Below, piece by piece: positions 1-10,600 of a stretch of DNA of 64,000 bases (position 1 is its first letter; every line of letters starts with the position of its first letter). Below the pieces are notes generated by a model. It was not told the origin of the DNA, made no database searches, and was given only the letters and a program-made list of their open reading frames with translations. The position numbers and the translations under genes are program-made. The DNA is from a virus, in IMG/VR virus record IMGVR_UViG_3300010413_000017, positions 9,861 to 73,860 of that record; one strand, 5' to 3'.

Positions 1-1
1 T

Positions 2-2842
2 GAAGCGCTAGCTAGGCTTAGAAACGAGTATCCTGTCGTAGCTCGCACAGCGTTTGAGATAGGTGACCTAGTCATCAATGTCGCGGCACTGGGGTTTGCA
101 TTCACAACAATTACTGGCTTTTTCAGATGGTTAGGAAGGATGTCCTTTGTTAGACCATTCGAGATGGCGTACAACGCGTTCATGCGGTTTATTGCACTGT
201 GGAAGAGATTGCCTGTTGTTGGGCGTGCTTCTCTTGTTGTGATAGGTGCTCTTTTAATCTATACGTTCAAAGACGCGATTGCAACTGTTGCACAGATGTT
301 TTGGAACTGGCTAAAAGAGTTCCCCGTCTACGGTAAAACGATTGGGGAGTGGGCCGAGGGCGTTAAACGTTATATTATTTTACAGTTCGCCAAGTTGGGG
401 ATTGACCTACCCGTTCTTTTGGAAAACATAGGATGGGCCGCCGGGAAAGCGTATAAAAAAGGTTGGGACGCGTCTGTTAAGGTCGAACAAATCAGGAAAG
501 GTATAGTTCAGCGTGTTAAGGATTTTTATAGGTGGGAACTAGAAGGGGCTTTATGGATAATCGAAACTATAAAAAAGAAATTAACTGAGGCGTACCAGAC
601 GCGCCCTGATGTTGGGCAGTTACAACTTCCACGTATTAGCGCCACCCTTTTCGGTGTTGATGAGTTTGTAAGTGATGTTGAGACAGAGTGGGTTAGACTT
701 AAGGACATCTGGAATGCTTTGTTGGAGGGATTGAAGACAAGCTGGGGGAACTTTACTAGTGCAGTAGAACGTGAGTGGGGAGACACCATTGATAGTTGGA
801 TTCGGGGTGTTAAACAGTTTGGAACTGATATGGTTAACTTGATTTGGCGGGCGTGGGAAGAGATAAAAAGCTGGCTTCCCTTTAGAATTCCTATAGAGTT
901 GGATTTTTCTCTGCCAGATATTAACAAAATCATGGAACGTTCAAGGAAAGCTCTTGGATTAATGACTAAGGAGGAACAACAAAGAAAGATTGCTTCACTG
1001 AAGCCGATGGTGGGGCATGGCACAGAACTTGAGTACTTCACAGGTCCTGAGCCGTTTTCTATGACGTGGACAGATTTGCTGAAAGGGCATGGATTGAAGC
1101 GTAAACCGAAGTCCGACGTAGGTCTAGGAGGGACAGGTGGAGGAAAAGGCGGAAAAGGCGGTGAAGCTGATAAAGAGAGTCGTCGTCTTCTGTCTTTGTA
1201 TGACTCAATTTTGAAGCAATATTTAAGTCTCACTGAATCTACATACGACGCAGAAGTTAGAAAACACAAAGAGATGATGGACAAAATCGTCGAAGGCAAA
1301 GAACGACAGGTAACGGCTGCGCAGGTAGTAGAGATGGAGGAGAAGCGTCATGCTGAAGCGGTTGCAAATATGCAACGTGATTACGACTTAATGGTTGCGA
1401 AGTCGTCTGGCGACAAGTTTGTAGAAATTGAGGAACAAGCCAAACAGTACATGGAGAAATGGGGGAACTTACAAGACAGAGATGTTGAAAAATGGGTTAA
1501 AGACTGGAAAACACGTCGAAAAGCCATGCTAGAGTTGGAGGGGCGCAACGATCTCCTTGCGGTCACAAATTCTATACTTAAGACCGCTGAAGACCTTACA
1601 CCGAGTGTAAAGGCACAGTTAGACCTTCAGAAGCAACAATTACTTGTCTCACAAGAAATTGAACGTAACGAGATGGAACGTAAGATTTTAAACGGTGACA
1701 TAGATAAGACAATTAAAGATGAGTACCAGACACTTGTCCTTCAAAGGCAAGAACTAGAACGGCAAGTTCAGCTCCGTAAGGAATGGATGACCCAAGGTCC
1801 AATGGGCGGTATACGAGAAGGAATATACGAGAGAGTAGGAAAAGCAGATACATCGTCCGCGGAAGCAGCAAAAGAGTGGGTTTTGAGTCTGGAAGGGACA
1901 GTTACAGAGACAATTGCCGCCGGAATCGTTGGTGCCCTTAACGGTTCTAGGACAGATTTCCAAAAGGTCGGGCGTGACATCGCTCAAGCTTTTGTTGAGC
2001 GCTCCATCAACATGTTGATGACTGAGTTGTGGAACGTCATATGGAGAGCTTTGGCTAACGCGTTCAATGCAACGATGCCAACGGCAGGCAACGCCATCAC
2101 TCAGGCTACTACTACCGGTGGCCAAGTTTTGGTAACTTCCGGTATAAAAACAGGCGAGGCCATTTATCAGGGTTGTGCTAGAGGAGCAGCTGAATTTGAC
2201 CGAGTGGTGGCCCAAGCCAACGTGAAAGGTGCGTCCAAGGGGATGTTCAAGAGTAGAGGTGGCGGAGGCGGGGCAGACGTTGAGGTCGAAGGCTTGCCCG
2301 GTGGAGATATTGCAGGGGCGAGACAGGCCGAGGGCGGCTTCTTCAAGGGATTTATTGACGGCTTTAAGAACATGTTTAAAACCATGTTCGATATGATGAA
2401 AAGTATGATGCAGGGACTAATGAAGATGCTTGGTGGGCTTTTAAAAAGCCTAGGTAACATCATCATGAAGCTTATCAGTAGCATAGTTAAAGGTATTGGT
2501 GGAATGTTCGGGGGTGGGATGCAATACGGTGGCTTTGTGACAAGCCCGACTCTCGCTATGATAGGCGAAGCTGGTCCAGAGTTGGTTTTGCCTTTTAAGA
2601 AGGGAGGCAGAGGTAATATCAAACCGCTACCTGCCTATCTGGGTGATGGTGGAGATGTAAATGTCACAGTCATAAATGAAACAGGCGTCCCTGTCCAACC
2701 CGATGTTAAAATAAACGAGCGGGATATTATTGTTAGACTGAAACGTGAACTTGTGAGCGACATCAATCAGGGTGGAGACATTCCACGGGCGCTCAATCGC
2801 AACTATGTGATGAATCCAAGGCTGATGAGTAGGGGTGGATAA
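2..2842 (+). CDS. Tail tape measure protein (5' part lies outside the window)
   Basis: Frame is open from base 2; long helical, W-periodic and coiled-coil sequence; C-terminal GGFVTSPTLAMIGEAGPELVLP motif typical of tape measure ends; precedes tail-tip genes. Confidence 0.9.
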   Translation, partial: EALARLRNEYPVVARTAFEIGDLVINVAALGFAFTTITGFFRWLGRMSFVRPFEMAYNAFMRFIALWKRLPVVGRASLVVIGALLIYTFKDAIATVAQMFWNWLKEFPVYGKTIGEWAEGVKRYIILQFAKLGIDLPVLLENIGWAAGKAYKKGWDASVKVEQIRKGIVQRVKDFYRWELEGALWIIETIKKKLTEAYQTRPDVGQLQLPRISATLFGVDEFVSDVETEWVRLKDIWNALLEGLKTSWGNFTSAVEREWGDTIDSWIRGVKQFGTDMVNLIWRAWEEIKSWLPFRIPIELDFSLPDINKIMERSRKALGLMTKEEQQRKIASLKPMVGHGTELEYFTGPEPFSMTWTDLLKGHGLKRKPKSDVGLGGTGGGKGGKGGEADKESRRLLSLYDSILKQYLSLTESTYDAEVRKHKEMMDKIVEGKERQVTAAQVVEMEEKRHAEAVANMQRDYDLMVAKSSGDKFVEIEEQAKQYMEKWGNLQDRDVEKWVKDWKTRRKAMLELEGRNDLLAVTNSILKTAEDLTPSVKAQLDLQKQQLLVSQEIERNEMERKILNGDIDKTIKDEYQTLVLQRQELERQVQLRKEWMTQGPMGGIREGIYERVGKADTSSAEAAKEWVLSLEGTVTETIAAGIVGALNGSRTDFQKVGRDIAQAFVERSINMLMTELWNVIWRALANAFNATMPTAGNAITQATTTGGQVLVTSGIKTGEAIYQGCARGAAEFDRVVAQANVKGASKGMFKSRGGGGGADVEVEGLPGGDIAGARQAEGGFFKGFIDGFKNMFKTMFDMMKSMMQGLMKMLGGLLKSLGNIIMKLISSIVKGIGGMFGGGMQYGGFVTSPTLAMIGEAGPELVLPFKKGGRGNIKPLPAYLGDGGDVNVTVINETGVPVQPDVKINERDIIVRLKRELVSDINQGGDIPRALNRNYVMNPRLMSRGG

Positions 2843-3864
2843 TGGGAGACAAAACCGACAATAATATTTTTTATAAGCCTGACTATAATGCAAGCGGGAC
2901 CGGGGAAAAAGCCGCGTTTGACGCTGGGCTAGATATGGCGGACAAGATGATACTCCAAAGCGCTGCCCCCGGTGTTTTGGTTAATGGTAAACTGTCTGTT
3001 TCTTTTAGCTCAGGTACTTTGTATGTGGGTATCAAGACAGCTGACGGAGGAACTCCGTCTCCGACTAATCCCGTGTTTTGTAGGGTTGGGGCTAGGGTTG
3101 TAACAATAACTGCCGCCTTGGAGATGACAAAGACAGCCAGCGCATCGCTGGGGGCAGGCAACTCCTGGTTGCATTTGGCGCAACCTGCTATGAGTGGCTA
3201 TGAAACGGACTTATTTGCCTATATAGGATATGATGAGATAGACGAAGAACCCACCCTATTTGTTTCGAGAAGTGGCTGGCACGACCGCCATGCTTTTAAC
3301 TATGAAACCTCTGGGCACGGAGCGTTAACAAGCCAGACATCTCTGCGTTCATATACAGGCGAAGAAATAGCAGTGTGCGGTAGATTTAATGCTATCCTAA
3401 CGACTCCTAATGTTTGGTCGAGTCCTGCAACTCAAATTATTATTCAAAAGCCGATTACTAACACACGTATGCTAGCGTGGAACCACATGATGTTTGCCCC
3501 CTATGGGGGGACCCTAGACCATACTTGGACTTTTTCCCTTTATCAAATGGAGGGTAAATTCTTTAACTACTATGTGTTCGGTTTCTTTGCCTATTCTGCG
3601 GCCCCTAACACATTAGCAAACTTCTTTGAGTTTACCTTGCCACTCTCATCTCAGTATCCAACTGCCTACATCTGGCAAGCGATGGGTAGGTACAAAGATT
3701 ATGAAGCCGGTCCCGACCACGGAGTAGTGGTAGGTATATGTGAATATACAAACACACTACGTATTTGTAAACATACTTACGCGTCCTATAGCTTGGGAAC
3801 TATTTTCCTAAGTTTTCATTTTAGACATTATATCCCAGGCACTATAATTCACTTTGACTTATAA
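2842..3864 (+). CDS. Virion tail or fibre-associated protein, paralog A
   Basis: TAATG-coupled to the tape measure; N-terminal T..N.FYKP anchor-like motif; aligns end to end with the next ORF. Confidence 0.6.
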   Translation: MGDKTDNNIFYKPDYNASGTGEKAAFDAGLDMADKMILQSAAPGVLVNGKLSVSFSSGTLYVGIKTADGGTPSPTNPVFCRVGARVVTITAALEMTKTASASLGAGNSWLHLAQPAMSGYETDLFAYIGYDEIDEEPTLFVSRSGWHDRHAFNYETSGHGALTSQTSLRSYTGEEIAVCGRFNAILTTPNVWSSPATQIIIQKPITNTRMLAWNHMMFAPYGGTLDHTWTFSLYQMEGKFFNYYVFGFFAYSAAPNTLANFFEFTLPLSSQYPTAYIWQAMGRYKDYEAGPDHGVVVGICEYTNTLRICKHTYASYSLGTIFLSFHFRHYIPGTIIHFDL

Positions 3865-3873
3865 GGATGGGTA

Positions 3874-4893
3874 ATGGGCGACACAACTGAGAACAAAATT
3901 TTCTATAAACCAGACCACAATACCAGTGGAACTGGGGAGAAGGCATCTTTTGACGCTGGGTTAACATTGGCAGATAAGATGATTCTCCAAAGTGCTGCCC
4001 CAGGCGTTTTGGTCAACGGAAAACTAGCTGTCTCCTTTAATTCCGGCACTCTATATGTAGGAATTAAAACAGCTGACGAAGGAACTCCGTCTCCGACCAA
4101 TCCTGTATTTTGCAGAGTTGGAGCTAGGGTTGTAACAATAACTTCTGCTCTAGAGATGAATAAAGCATCTAGTGGCCTAGGAGCAGGAAGTTCTTGGTTA
4201 CATTTAGCACAACCTGCTACGAGTGGCTACGAGACAGATTTGTTTGCTTATATAGGATATGATGAAACAAACCAAGAGCCAATGTTGTTGGTTTCGAGAA
4301 GCGGATGGCACGACCGTCATGCTTTTAACTCCGAAACCTCTGGACGTGGTGCTTTAACCAGTCAAGCATCTTTAGCTACCTTTACAGGTGAAGATATTGC
4401 GGTATGTGGACGGTTTAATACCGTTCTTACTACGCCTAATAATTGGTCTAGTCCGGCATCCCCATTGGTTGTCCAAAAACCCATTACCCAGACTCGTATG
4501 CTTAATTGGAACCCTATGTTTGTTGTCCCATACGGAGGTTCTCTGAGTCCCGGAACATATAACTTGGCTATTTACCAAATGGAAGGGAAATTTTTTAACT
4601 CTTATGTATTTGGTTACTTTAATTACTCAGCAGCCCCAACTACCTTGGCAGACTATTTGGAACTTACCCTACCACATTCATCTCAGTCTCCAAATTTTTC
4701 TATTTGGCAAGCGCTGGGTAGGTACAGGGACTATGGGACGGGTGCTTATGGTATTGTGATAGGTATGTGTAGTGATACAAATACATGGCGGATACATAAG
4801 AGTGATTTAGCGTCATTCTCTCTTGGAACTATTTATTTGAGCTTTTATGTCCGACATTTTATTCCGGGTACTATATTTAAGTTTGACATATAA
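3874..4893 (+). CDS. Virion tail or fibre-associated protein, paralog B
   Basis: Full-length paralog of 2842-3864 (shared ADKMILQSAAPGVLVNGKL, SRSGWHDRHAFN, YQMEGKFFN). Confidence 0.6.
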   Translation: MGDTTENKIFYKPDHNTSGTGEKASFDAGLTLADKMILQSAAPGVLVNGKLAVSFNSGTLYVGIKTADEGTPSPTNPVFCRVGARVVTITSALEMNKASSGLGAGSSWLHLAQPATSGYETDLFAYIGYDETNQEPMLLVSRSGWHDRHAFNSETSGRGALTSQASLATFTGEDIAVCGRFNTVLTTPNNWSSPASPLVVQKPITQTRMLNWNPMFVVPYGGSLSPGTYNLAIYQMEGKFFNSYVFGYFNYSAAPTTLADYLELTLPHSSQSPNFSIWQALGRYRDYGTGAYGIVIGMCSDTNTWRIHKSDLASFSLGTIYLSFYVRHFIPGTIFKFDI

Positions 4894-5306
4894 TGGAAAT
4901 TTGGCCTACGGCACTACCGAACTACCCTGACGACGGGGGGTTTACAGAGACTTTCAAGGCTAGCGCCTTTGTAAGTCCAATGGATGTCGGTCCACCTAAA
5001 GTCAGGCCTAGCGGAACTAAGTCTAGACAAATGGTATCTGCTAGTTATAAATTAACACGGTCGCAGATGCTTAGTTTTGATTTGTTTTTAAGCGATATTT
5101 CTGGTGGAGCGGACGCTTTTTATTGGCCACATCCACGACTTGCTCACTATGTAACAGCAAAAATGGTGAATACTCCAAATAGGAGCCATCTTCAATACCA
5201 CTGGTATCAACTAAGCGTCGAGCTGGAAATTACAGACGCTACTGACCCAGCTATCCTGTACGGCGCAGGTTGGTTTGTTAAGGGATGGTTTACGGATTGG
5301 TTCTAA
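4893..5306 (+). CDS. Distal tail protein, lambda gpM-like, copy 1
   Basis: WP..LP start, MDVGPPKVR and GADAFYWPHP motifs; position after the tape measure. Confidence 0.7.
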   Translation: MEIWPTALPNYPDDGGFTETFKASAFVSPMDVGPPKVRPSGTKSRQMVSASYKLTRSQMLSFDLFLSDISGGADAFYWPHPRLAHYVTAKMVNTPNRSHLQYHWYQLSVELEITDATDPAILYGAGWFVKGWFTDWF

Positions 5307-5307
5307 G

Positions 5308-5688
5308 ATGAGCGGATACCCAACAGAAGAAGTGTGGCCTGCAAGTTTGCCCGTGAATCCTTTGATGTTTAACTACCAAGAGGATGTTTCTGACCAAGTT
5401 TTGAGGTCTGAATTTGAGTTAGGCCCAATCTCCATGCGTAGTAGAAGCGCGATGACCTTGACTCGTTTGGCAGTAACATTTGGCCTTACCCGAACCCAAG
5501 CAAATTCTCTGGTAAGCTTTTATGAGGATACTTTAGTTAGAGGTTCAAAGTCCTTTAGGTGGTATCATCCTAGAACAGGGGATGTGGTGGCCGCTCGATT
5601 TGTGTCACCACCCTCTCTAAGTGCGAAGTTTTTTGACTGGTACGAGGCTTCAGTTACACTTGAAACATTTTTATACATTGCGCCATAG
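5308..5688 (+). CDS. Distal tail protein, lambda gpM-like, copy 2
   Basis: WPASLP, FELGPISMR, FYEDTLVRGSKSFRWYHPRTG; ATG two bases after the copy 1 stop. Confidence 0.75.
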   Translation: MSGYPTEEVWPASLPVNPLMFNYQEDVSDQVLRSEFELGPISMRSRSAMTLTRLAVTFGLTRTQANSLVSFYEDTLVRGSKSFRWYHPRTGDVVAARFVSPPSLSAKFFDWYEASVTLETFLYIAP

Positions 5689-5700
5689 GAGTAGCTAAAT

Positions 5701-6240
5701 ATGGCTTTTGAAACCAATACAGGTGTGAAGCGTTTTATGCGACTTGTGATGGACTCCACAAGTGCGACATATCCAGAGCGTATTACCTACCCACAGGATG
5801 TCTACGAGCATACGTCTACCCAGTTTTATACACAAGGTACGGGTAATCAGCAATGTAATATGGGCCATCACATATATAGAAGTTTGCTGACTTTTTCTAA
5901 TACGGATGTTAACCTATATGACTTAATATATTATCCAGACAAATTTAATCGTAGAATACGATTCCAAACTATTAAGTGGATTTACATGAAGAACCACAGC
6001 GCTACATTATCTATAGATATTTTTCACGGCTCTGTGGCTGATGTTTGGTCTAGTATGATTACTCCGTTTTCTGCTACCAGTGGAATAACTCTAGGGCCAA
6101 AGGGTGAATTCTTCATGTCTAAGCCCAATAGTGGTGGCACAGTTTCGAGTGCGAATCGGAATATCAGAATAGTCAATTGGAGCCTATCAACAAGAGTGAT
6201 GTTTGAAATGGCAATGGCTGGGCTTGGGACAATAATATAG
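5701..6240 (+). CDS. Putative virion protein, paralog pair 2A
   Basis: Paralogous to 6253-6798 (GTGN.QCN.G.H.YRSL, KW.Y.KNHSAT, AGLGT). Confidence 0.55.
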   Translation: MAFETNTGVKRFMRLVMDSTSATYPERITYPQDVYEHTSTQFYTQGTGNQQCNMGHHIYRSLLTFSNTDVNLYDLIYYPDKFNRRIRFQTIKWIYMKNHSATLSIDIFHGSVADVWSSMITPFSATSGITLGPKGEFFMSKPNSGGTVSSANRNIRIVNWSLSTRVMFEMAMAGLGTII

Positions 6241-6252
6241 GGGGACTGTGAC

Positions 6253-6798
6253 ATGACCATCGAAACTCATGTTGGAGTCAAACGGTACATGAAAACTACT
6301 GCTTGGGCGGGAGTCTCTTCTGGGACGCTTTCTACTCCTACTGATGAATACGACAGAAATGACCTTTGGCAATACTACTCTAATGGAACTGGAAACTATC
6401 AGTGTAATGTAGGGACGCACGTATATCGTTCCTTGGCTCCATCCCAAACCCGAAGTCAGGACTTATACAATACCTCGACAGTTTCAGCCTTTTGGACAAA
6501 TTTTGGCCAGAAAGTTCGTTTCACTGCCGTCAAATGGTTTTACGTTAAGAACCACAGTGCAACGTATTCGATGAACATCTTTCTTGATGCTCCAGCTACA
6601 GGTGTTTGGACAAGTTTGATAACCCCCTTGGGAGCGGCTGGGTTTGAGCTTGAACCGCAGGCAGAGTTTTATGCGTCTAAGCCTGTAGATGGCTTCCCTG
6701 TGAGCGGGACTAACCGTTGGTTTAGTGTTAGTAATATTTCTTCAACTAGGTCGATTGCTTATGAGATAGCAATAGCTGGACTCGGGACTCTGATGTAA
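6253..6798 (+). CDS. Putative virion protein, paralog pair 2B
   Basis: Paralogous to 5701-6240; lies within the tail operon. Confidence 0.55.
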   Translation: MTIETHVGVKRYMKTTAWAGVSSGTLSTPTDEYDRNDLWQYYSNGTGNYQCNVGTHVYRSLAPSQTRSQDLYNTSTVSAFWTNFGQKVRFTAVKWFYVKNHSATYSMNIFLDAPATGVWTSLITPLGAAGFELEPQAEFYASKPVDGFPVSGTNRWFSVSNISSTRSIAYEIAIAGLGTLM

Positions 6799-7262
6799 TG
6801 GTTGATGATATCTTCAAACAAGAGGCGTTTAAGCAATCAACAGACGAAGTCATCCTAGAGTTGATTACAGTTACACATGATGATTTCTCTGTTCCGCTTA
6901 GGCTTGTGCGAAACAATGAAAACATTACAAGCCAAGGAGAGACTTTTGTCGCTTCGCAGTTTGAGCTGACTTGGCCCCAAGATAAGGAAAGCGAAGTTCC
7001 ACGAGCTAGGATTAGGCACCAAAATATTAGTAGAGAACTTGTTGCCGCTGTGAGAGGTGTACGCACTCCGCCACAGGTAACAATGCAGGTTATTTTAGCT
7101 TCGGACCCTAATACAGTACAGTTTGAAGTAACTGGCATGACTATGGGACGAGTAGATTACGACGCTAATGTGCTAAGCTTTGAACTAAATTTTGAACTAT
7201 TATCGCAAACTCAGTTTCCAGGTAAGACGTTTAATCCGGCAAAATGGATAGGCTTATTCTAG
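6798..7262 (+). CDS. Minor tail protein, DUF1833 / gpL-like
   Basis: LELITVTH...PLRLVRNNENITSQG.TF.A..FEL..P, ASDPNTV, FP..TFNP....GLF. Confidence 0.8.
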   Translation: MVDDIFKQEAFKQSTDEVILELITVTHDDFSVPLRLVRNNENITSQGETFVASQFELTWPQDKESEVPRARIRHQNISRELVAAVRGVRTPPQVTMQVILASDPNTVQFEVTGMTMGRVDYDANVLSFELNFELLSQTQFPGKTFNPAKWIGLF

Positions 7263-7648
7263 ACTTCGCAAATTCTGTAGTAGCAAAACCTGTGCCGTTT
7301 GTAGACAACGGCAGAACACAGGAAGGTTGGGATTGTTGGGGGCTTGTAGTATCTGCCTTTAAAATTATTGACATTGACCTAACTGCCTACGAAGAGGTTG
7401 CTACTAAAGACTTGAAACAGGCATATCTCACCTTGAGAGAGCAGGTGAAGCAATGGATTCCAGTACCTAGAGGAGAAGAGCAACCTTGGGATGTTATCCA
7501 TTTGAGGCCCACGCATGTTGCCATTGTAGTGAAAAAGGGAGTGATGCTTCATACGATGGAAGGGGTCGGGACTTGCATTGTAAATTACAATAGCTATATG
7601 TGGGAAAAGCAGATTGAAGGAATTTACCGACATGCCAGACTTAGCTGA
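7244..7648 (+). CDS. NlpC/P60 tail-tip assembly protein (gpK-like)
   Basis: GR...GWDCWGLV, HVAIVV, MLH, IEGIYRH motifs. Confidence 0.85.
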   Translation: MDRLILDFANSVVAKPVPFVDNGRTQEGWDCWGLVVSAFKIIDIDLTAYEEVATKDLKQAYLTLREQVKQWIPVPRGEEQPWDVIHLRPTHVAIVVKKGVMLHTMEGVGTCIVNYNSYMWEKQIEGIYRHARLS

Positions 7649-10600
7649 GAAAAATCTAATCCAAGTTGTAGCTTGTCCGAATCCGTTCACCCTAGACAGA
7701 ATGGAGTTTTGTGAAGAGGCGCGGCTAAGTCTACAAGAGATTTTAGAGCAAGTCCAGCCCAAGGCCCATCTGCGTCGAAGAGCGCGTATTGCAGTTAACG
7801 GCGAACCCATCGACCCCGATGACTGGCCCTTTTTCTTTCCTGCTCCGGGTTCGTATATTGATATCCGGGTAGTTCCCAAAGCCCCAATAGCTGCTATTTT
7901 TATCGGTATAGCGGCTATTGCCGCACAAGCCGGTATTGCTGGGGCAGTTGCTGCTCCGTGGGGAATGTTGCTGGGGGCGTTAGCGGCTACGGTGATTTCC
8001 GTTGTAGGGTATTTGTTGTTGGGAGCATTCGTCAAGCCTCCTTCTCTACAAGGACCTGGGCAACCTGCAACTGAGTCTACTGAAGATACCCCAACTAGAT
8101 ACTTAACTGGTGCTAGGAATAGGGCTGTTCCCTACGGTGTCGTTCCTAGAGTCTACGGCAGGATTCGTATGACTCCTCCGCTAGCCGCTATGTATTACAC
8201 AGAGTTGAGTAATGTTACCAGCGCCAACGCTATAGCTTACAAGTGGAGACATTCGTCTGACTATTGGGCACCTACTCCTAAAACACAAACAAATCCAGAT
8301 GAGTATTTAGCGCGTTCTCAGCATTTTCAAACTTCGTCAGGCGAGCGTACAGGTGAAGAGCAGTGGCTACGTATGTTAGTTACTTGGGGACTGGGGCCAT
8401 TAGAAGTCACTGATATAAAGATTGCTGATACAGATTTGTATGAATTTCAGGGTGTAGAATACGATTTCAGACCTGGGTATCACGAGGATAACCGAATCGG
8501 CCTATATACCAATGATTATTACGAAGAATCACTAAATATTGCTTTAACAAACGCTGGCGGGAGACAATATAGAACGACAGCAGATGATACAGATGAGTTT
8601 AGTATAGATATCGTCTTCAATGGACTGTATTCAATAGACAAGCAATACGGTGGGAAAAACCTTGTTAATGTTAGCTTCAATATTTGGTATCGTAAAGAAG
8701 GTACTACCAACGATGTTTGGGCAGGGGCACTGTCTGTTACGTGCGCCAAGATGGGAGCCATTCGTCGTGGCTTTAGATTTATCTTACCTGAGCCTGGAAA
8801 ATATACTATTGGAGTAGAGCGTACAACAGCGGACTCGGACGACGAAAATGTAGTTGATGAATCCTATTGGGGCGCTCTACGGTCAGTTAAATACGAATAT
8901 CCAGTTAAAGAGACAGGTGTTGCGTTATCGGCTGTCAGGATTAAAGCTTCTGACCAGTTAAGCGGAGCGGTGGATGAGCTTAACGGAATAGCGTATAGTA
9001 TTATCAGGGACTGGGACCGCTATTCTCAGCAATGGGTTAGACGTAAAACAAAAAATCCAGCTTCTCACTATTTGCATATTTTGACAGATGAGGATGCAAA
9101 TCCTGATGCTATACCTGACGCTAGGGTAGATTTTACCAGCTTACAAGAATTCCATGAGTTTTGCGAAGACAACGAGTTTGATTGTAATATTGTTTTCGAT
9201 TCCAGAATCAGCGCCCAATCAGCTTTAGACTTAGTAGCCGCTTGTGGTCGAGCTGTTAGGGCGATGCCTTCCGGTAAGCACGGTGTTGTGATCGACAAAC
9301 CGAGGGAAATTATTGCCCAACATTTTACTCCCAGAAACAGTTGGGACTTTAGTGCTAGCCAAGCATTCATCAACGAAGTACACGGTTTTCGTTGCCCATT
9401 CACAGACGAGAATAACAACTGGCAGGAAACTGAAGTCACTGTTTACGCCGATGGCTATAGTGAAAACAATGCAACCAAATTTGAAGAACTAAAGCTGGAA
9501 GGTATTACAAAATACGAACAGGTTTATAAACTGGCACGTTATTACTTGGCGGTTGCTGAGTACCAGCGTGAGATTGTTACATTCAAATCCGATTTCGAGT
9601 ATTTAACTTGCGAGAGGGGCAGTAGAATTGTCTTTTCGCACGATGTGATGCTCATTGGGTTGAAAGCCGGCAGGCTGAAAGAGGTCCATACTAATCCCGT
9701 TTCGACATATGTTGATTGGCTCTACTTTGATGACCCTGTTACTGTAGAACCTGGGAGTAGTTATAGTGTGCAAGTTAGGCTCTATGACGGCGAGTCGTTA
9801 ATAATTCCTGTTACAAATCCAGCTACAACTAGTACAATTACTGTAGACAATTTAGAGATAACAACTCCAATTAATCCTGCTATACAGACAGAACCCAGAG
9901 TAGGGGATTTGTTTTCTTTTGGGGAAAGTGGACTTGTTACCCAAGAGCTTTTGGTATTAGGAATTGAGCCTCATCCAGATTTGACAGCGACGCTTACTTG
10001 TACTATTTACGACCCTGTTGTTTATACTGCGGCTGACGGGCCTATCCCTAAATATACTCCGAAAATCAGCGTTCCGGTAGAGTGGAACACACCTACCGTT
10101 GCTGGGATTTATTCAGATGGCTCTGTGCTCTATTGGGCTCAAGGTTCTTGGCAAAGCAGGATTTTGGTGACGTTTAGCTACCCACCTATCATGCCCGGAT
10201 ATTGGGGAATTGAGGGGCAGATTCGTCGGTATGGGGAGGACGAAGGTTCGTGGCAGAGTGTGGAAGCCCCGCTGACAGAGGGAGAAATTAGTTTTAAAGA
10301 CGTTGAGGATGGTAAGACATACGAGATGCGTTTTAGGTACATTAAAACTTCTGGATTTCGTCAAGGCATGCCTTGGACAGACTCAGTTACTCATACAGTT
10401 TTAGGTAAAACAGCACCGCCTGCTGATGTAACGGGTTTTCATGTATACCAGGACCACGGCGTCGTTGTGCTAAAATGGTCTGAGGTCAATGAGCATGACC
10501 TCAAAGAATACATCTTAAAGTACGCTGGGGCAGGGTATGCGAATTGGGATACTGCCGGATACCTAACGACTGCCGCCAAGGGGACAAACAGGACAGATAA

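Noticed and set aside
2842-4893. Diversity-generating retroelement template/variable repeat pair
   Set aside because: Differences affect all four bases along two full-length ORFs, and no reverse transcriptase is present in the window
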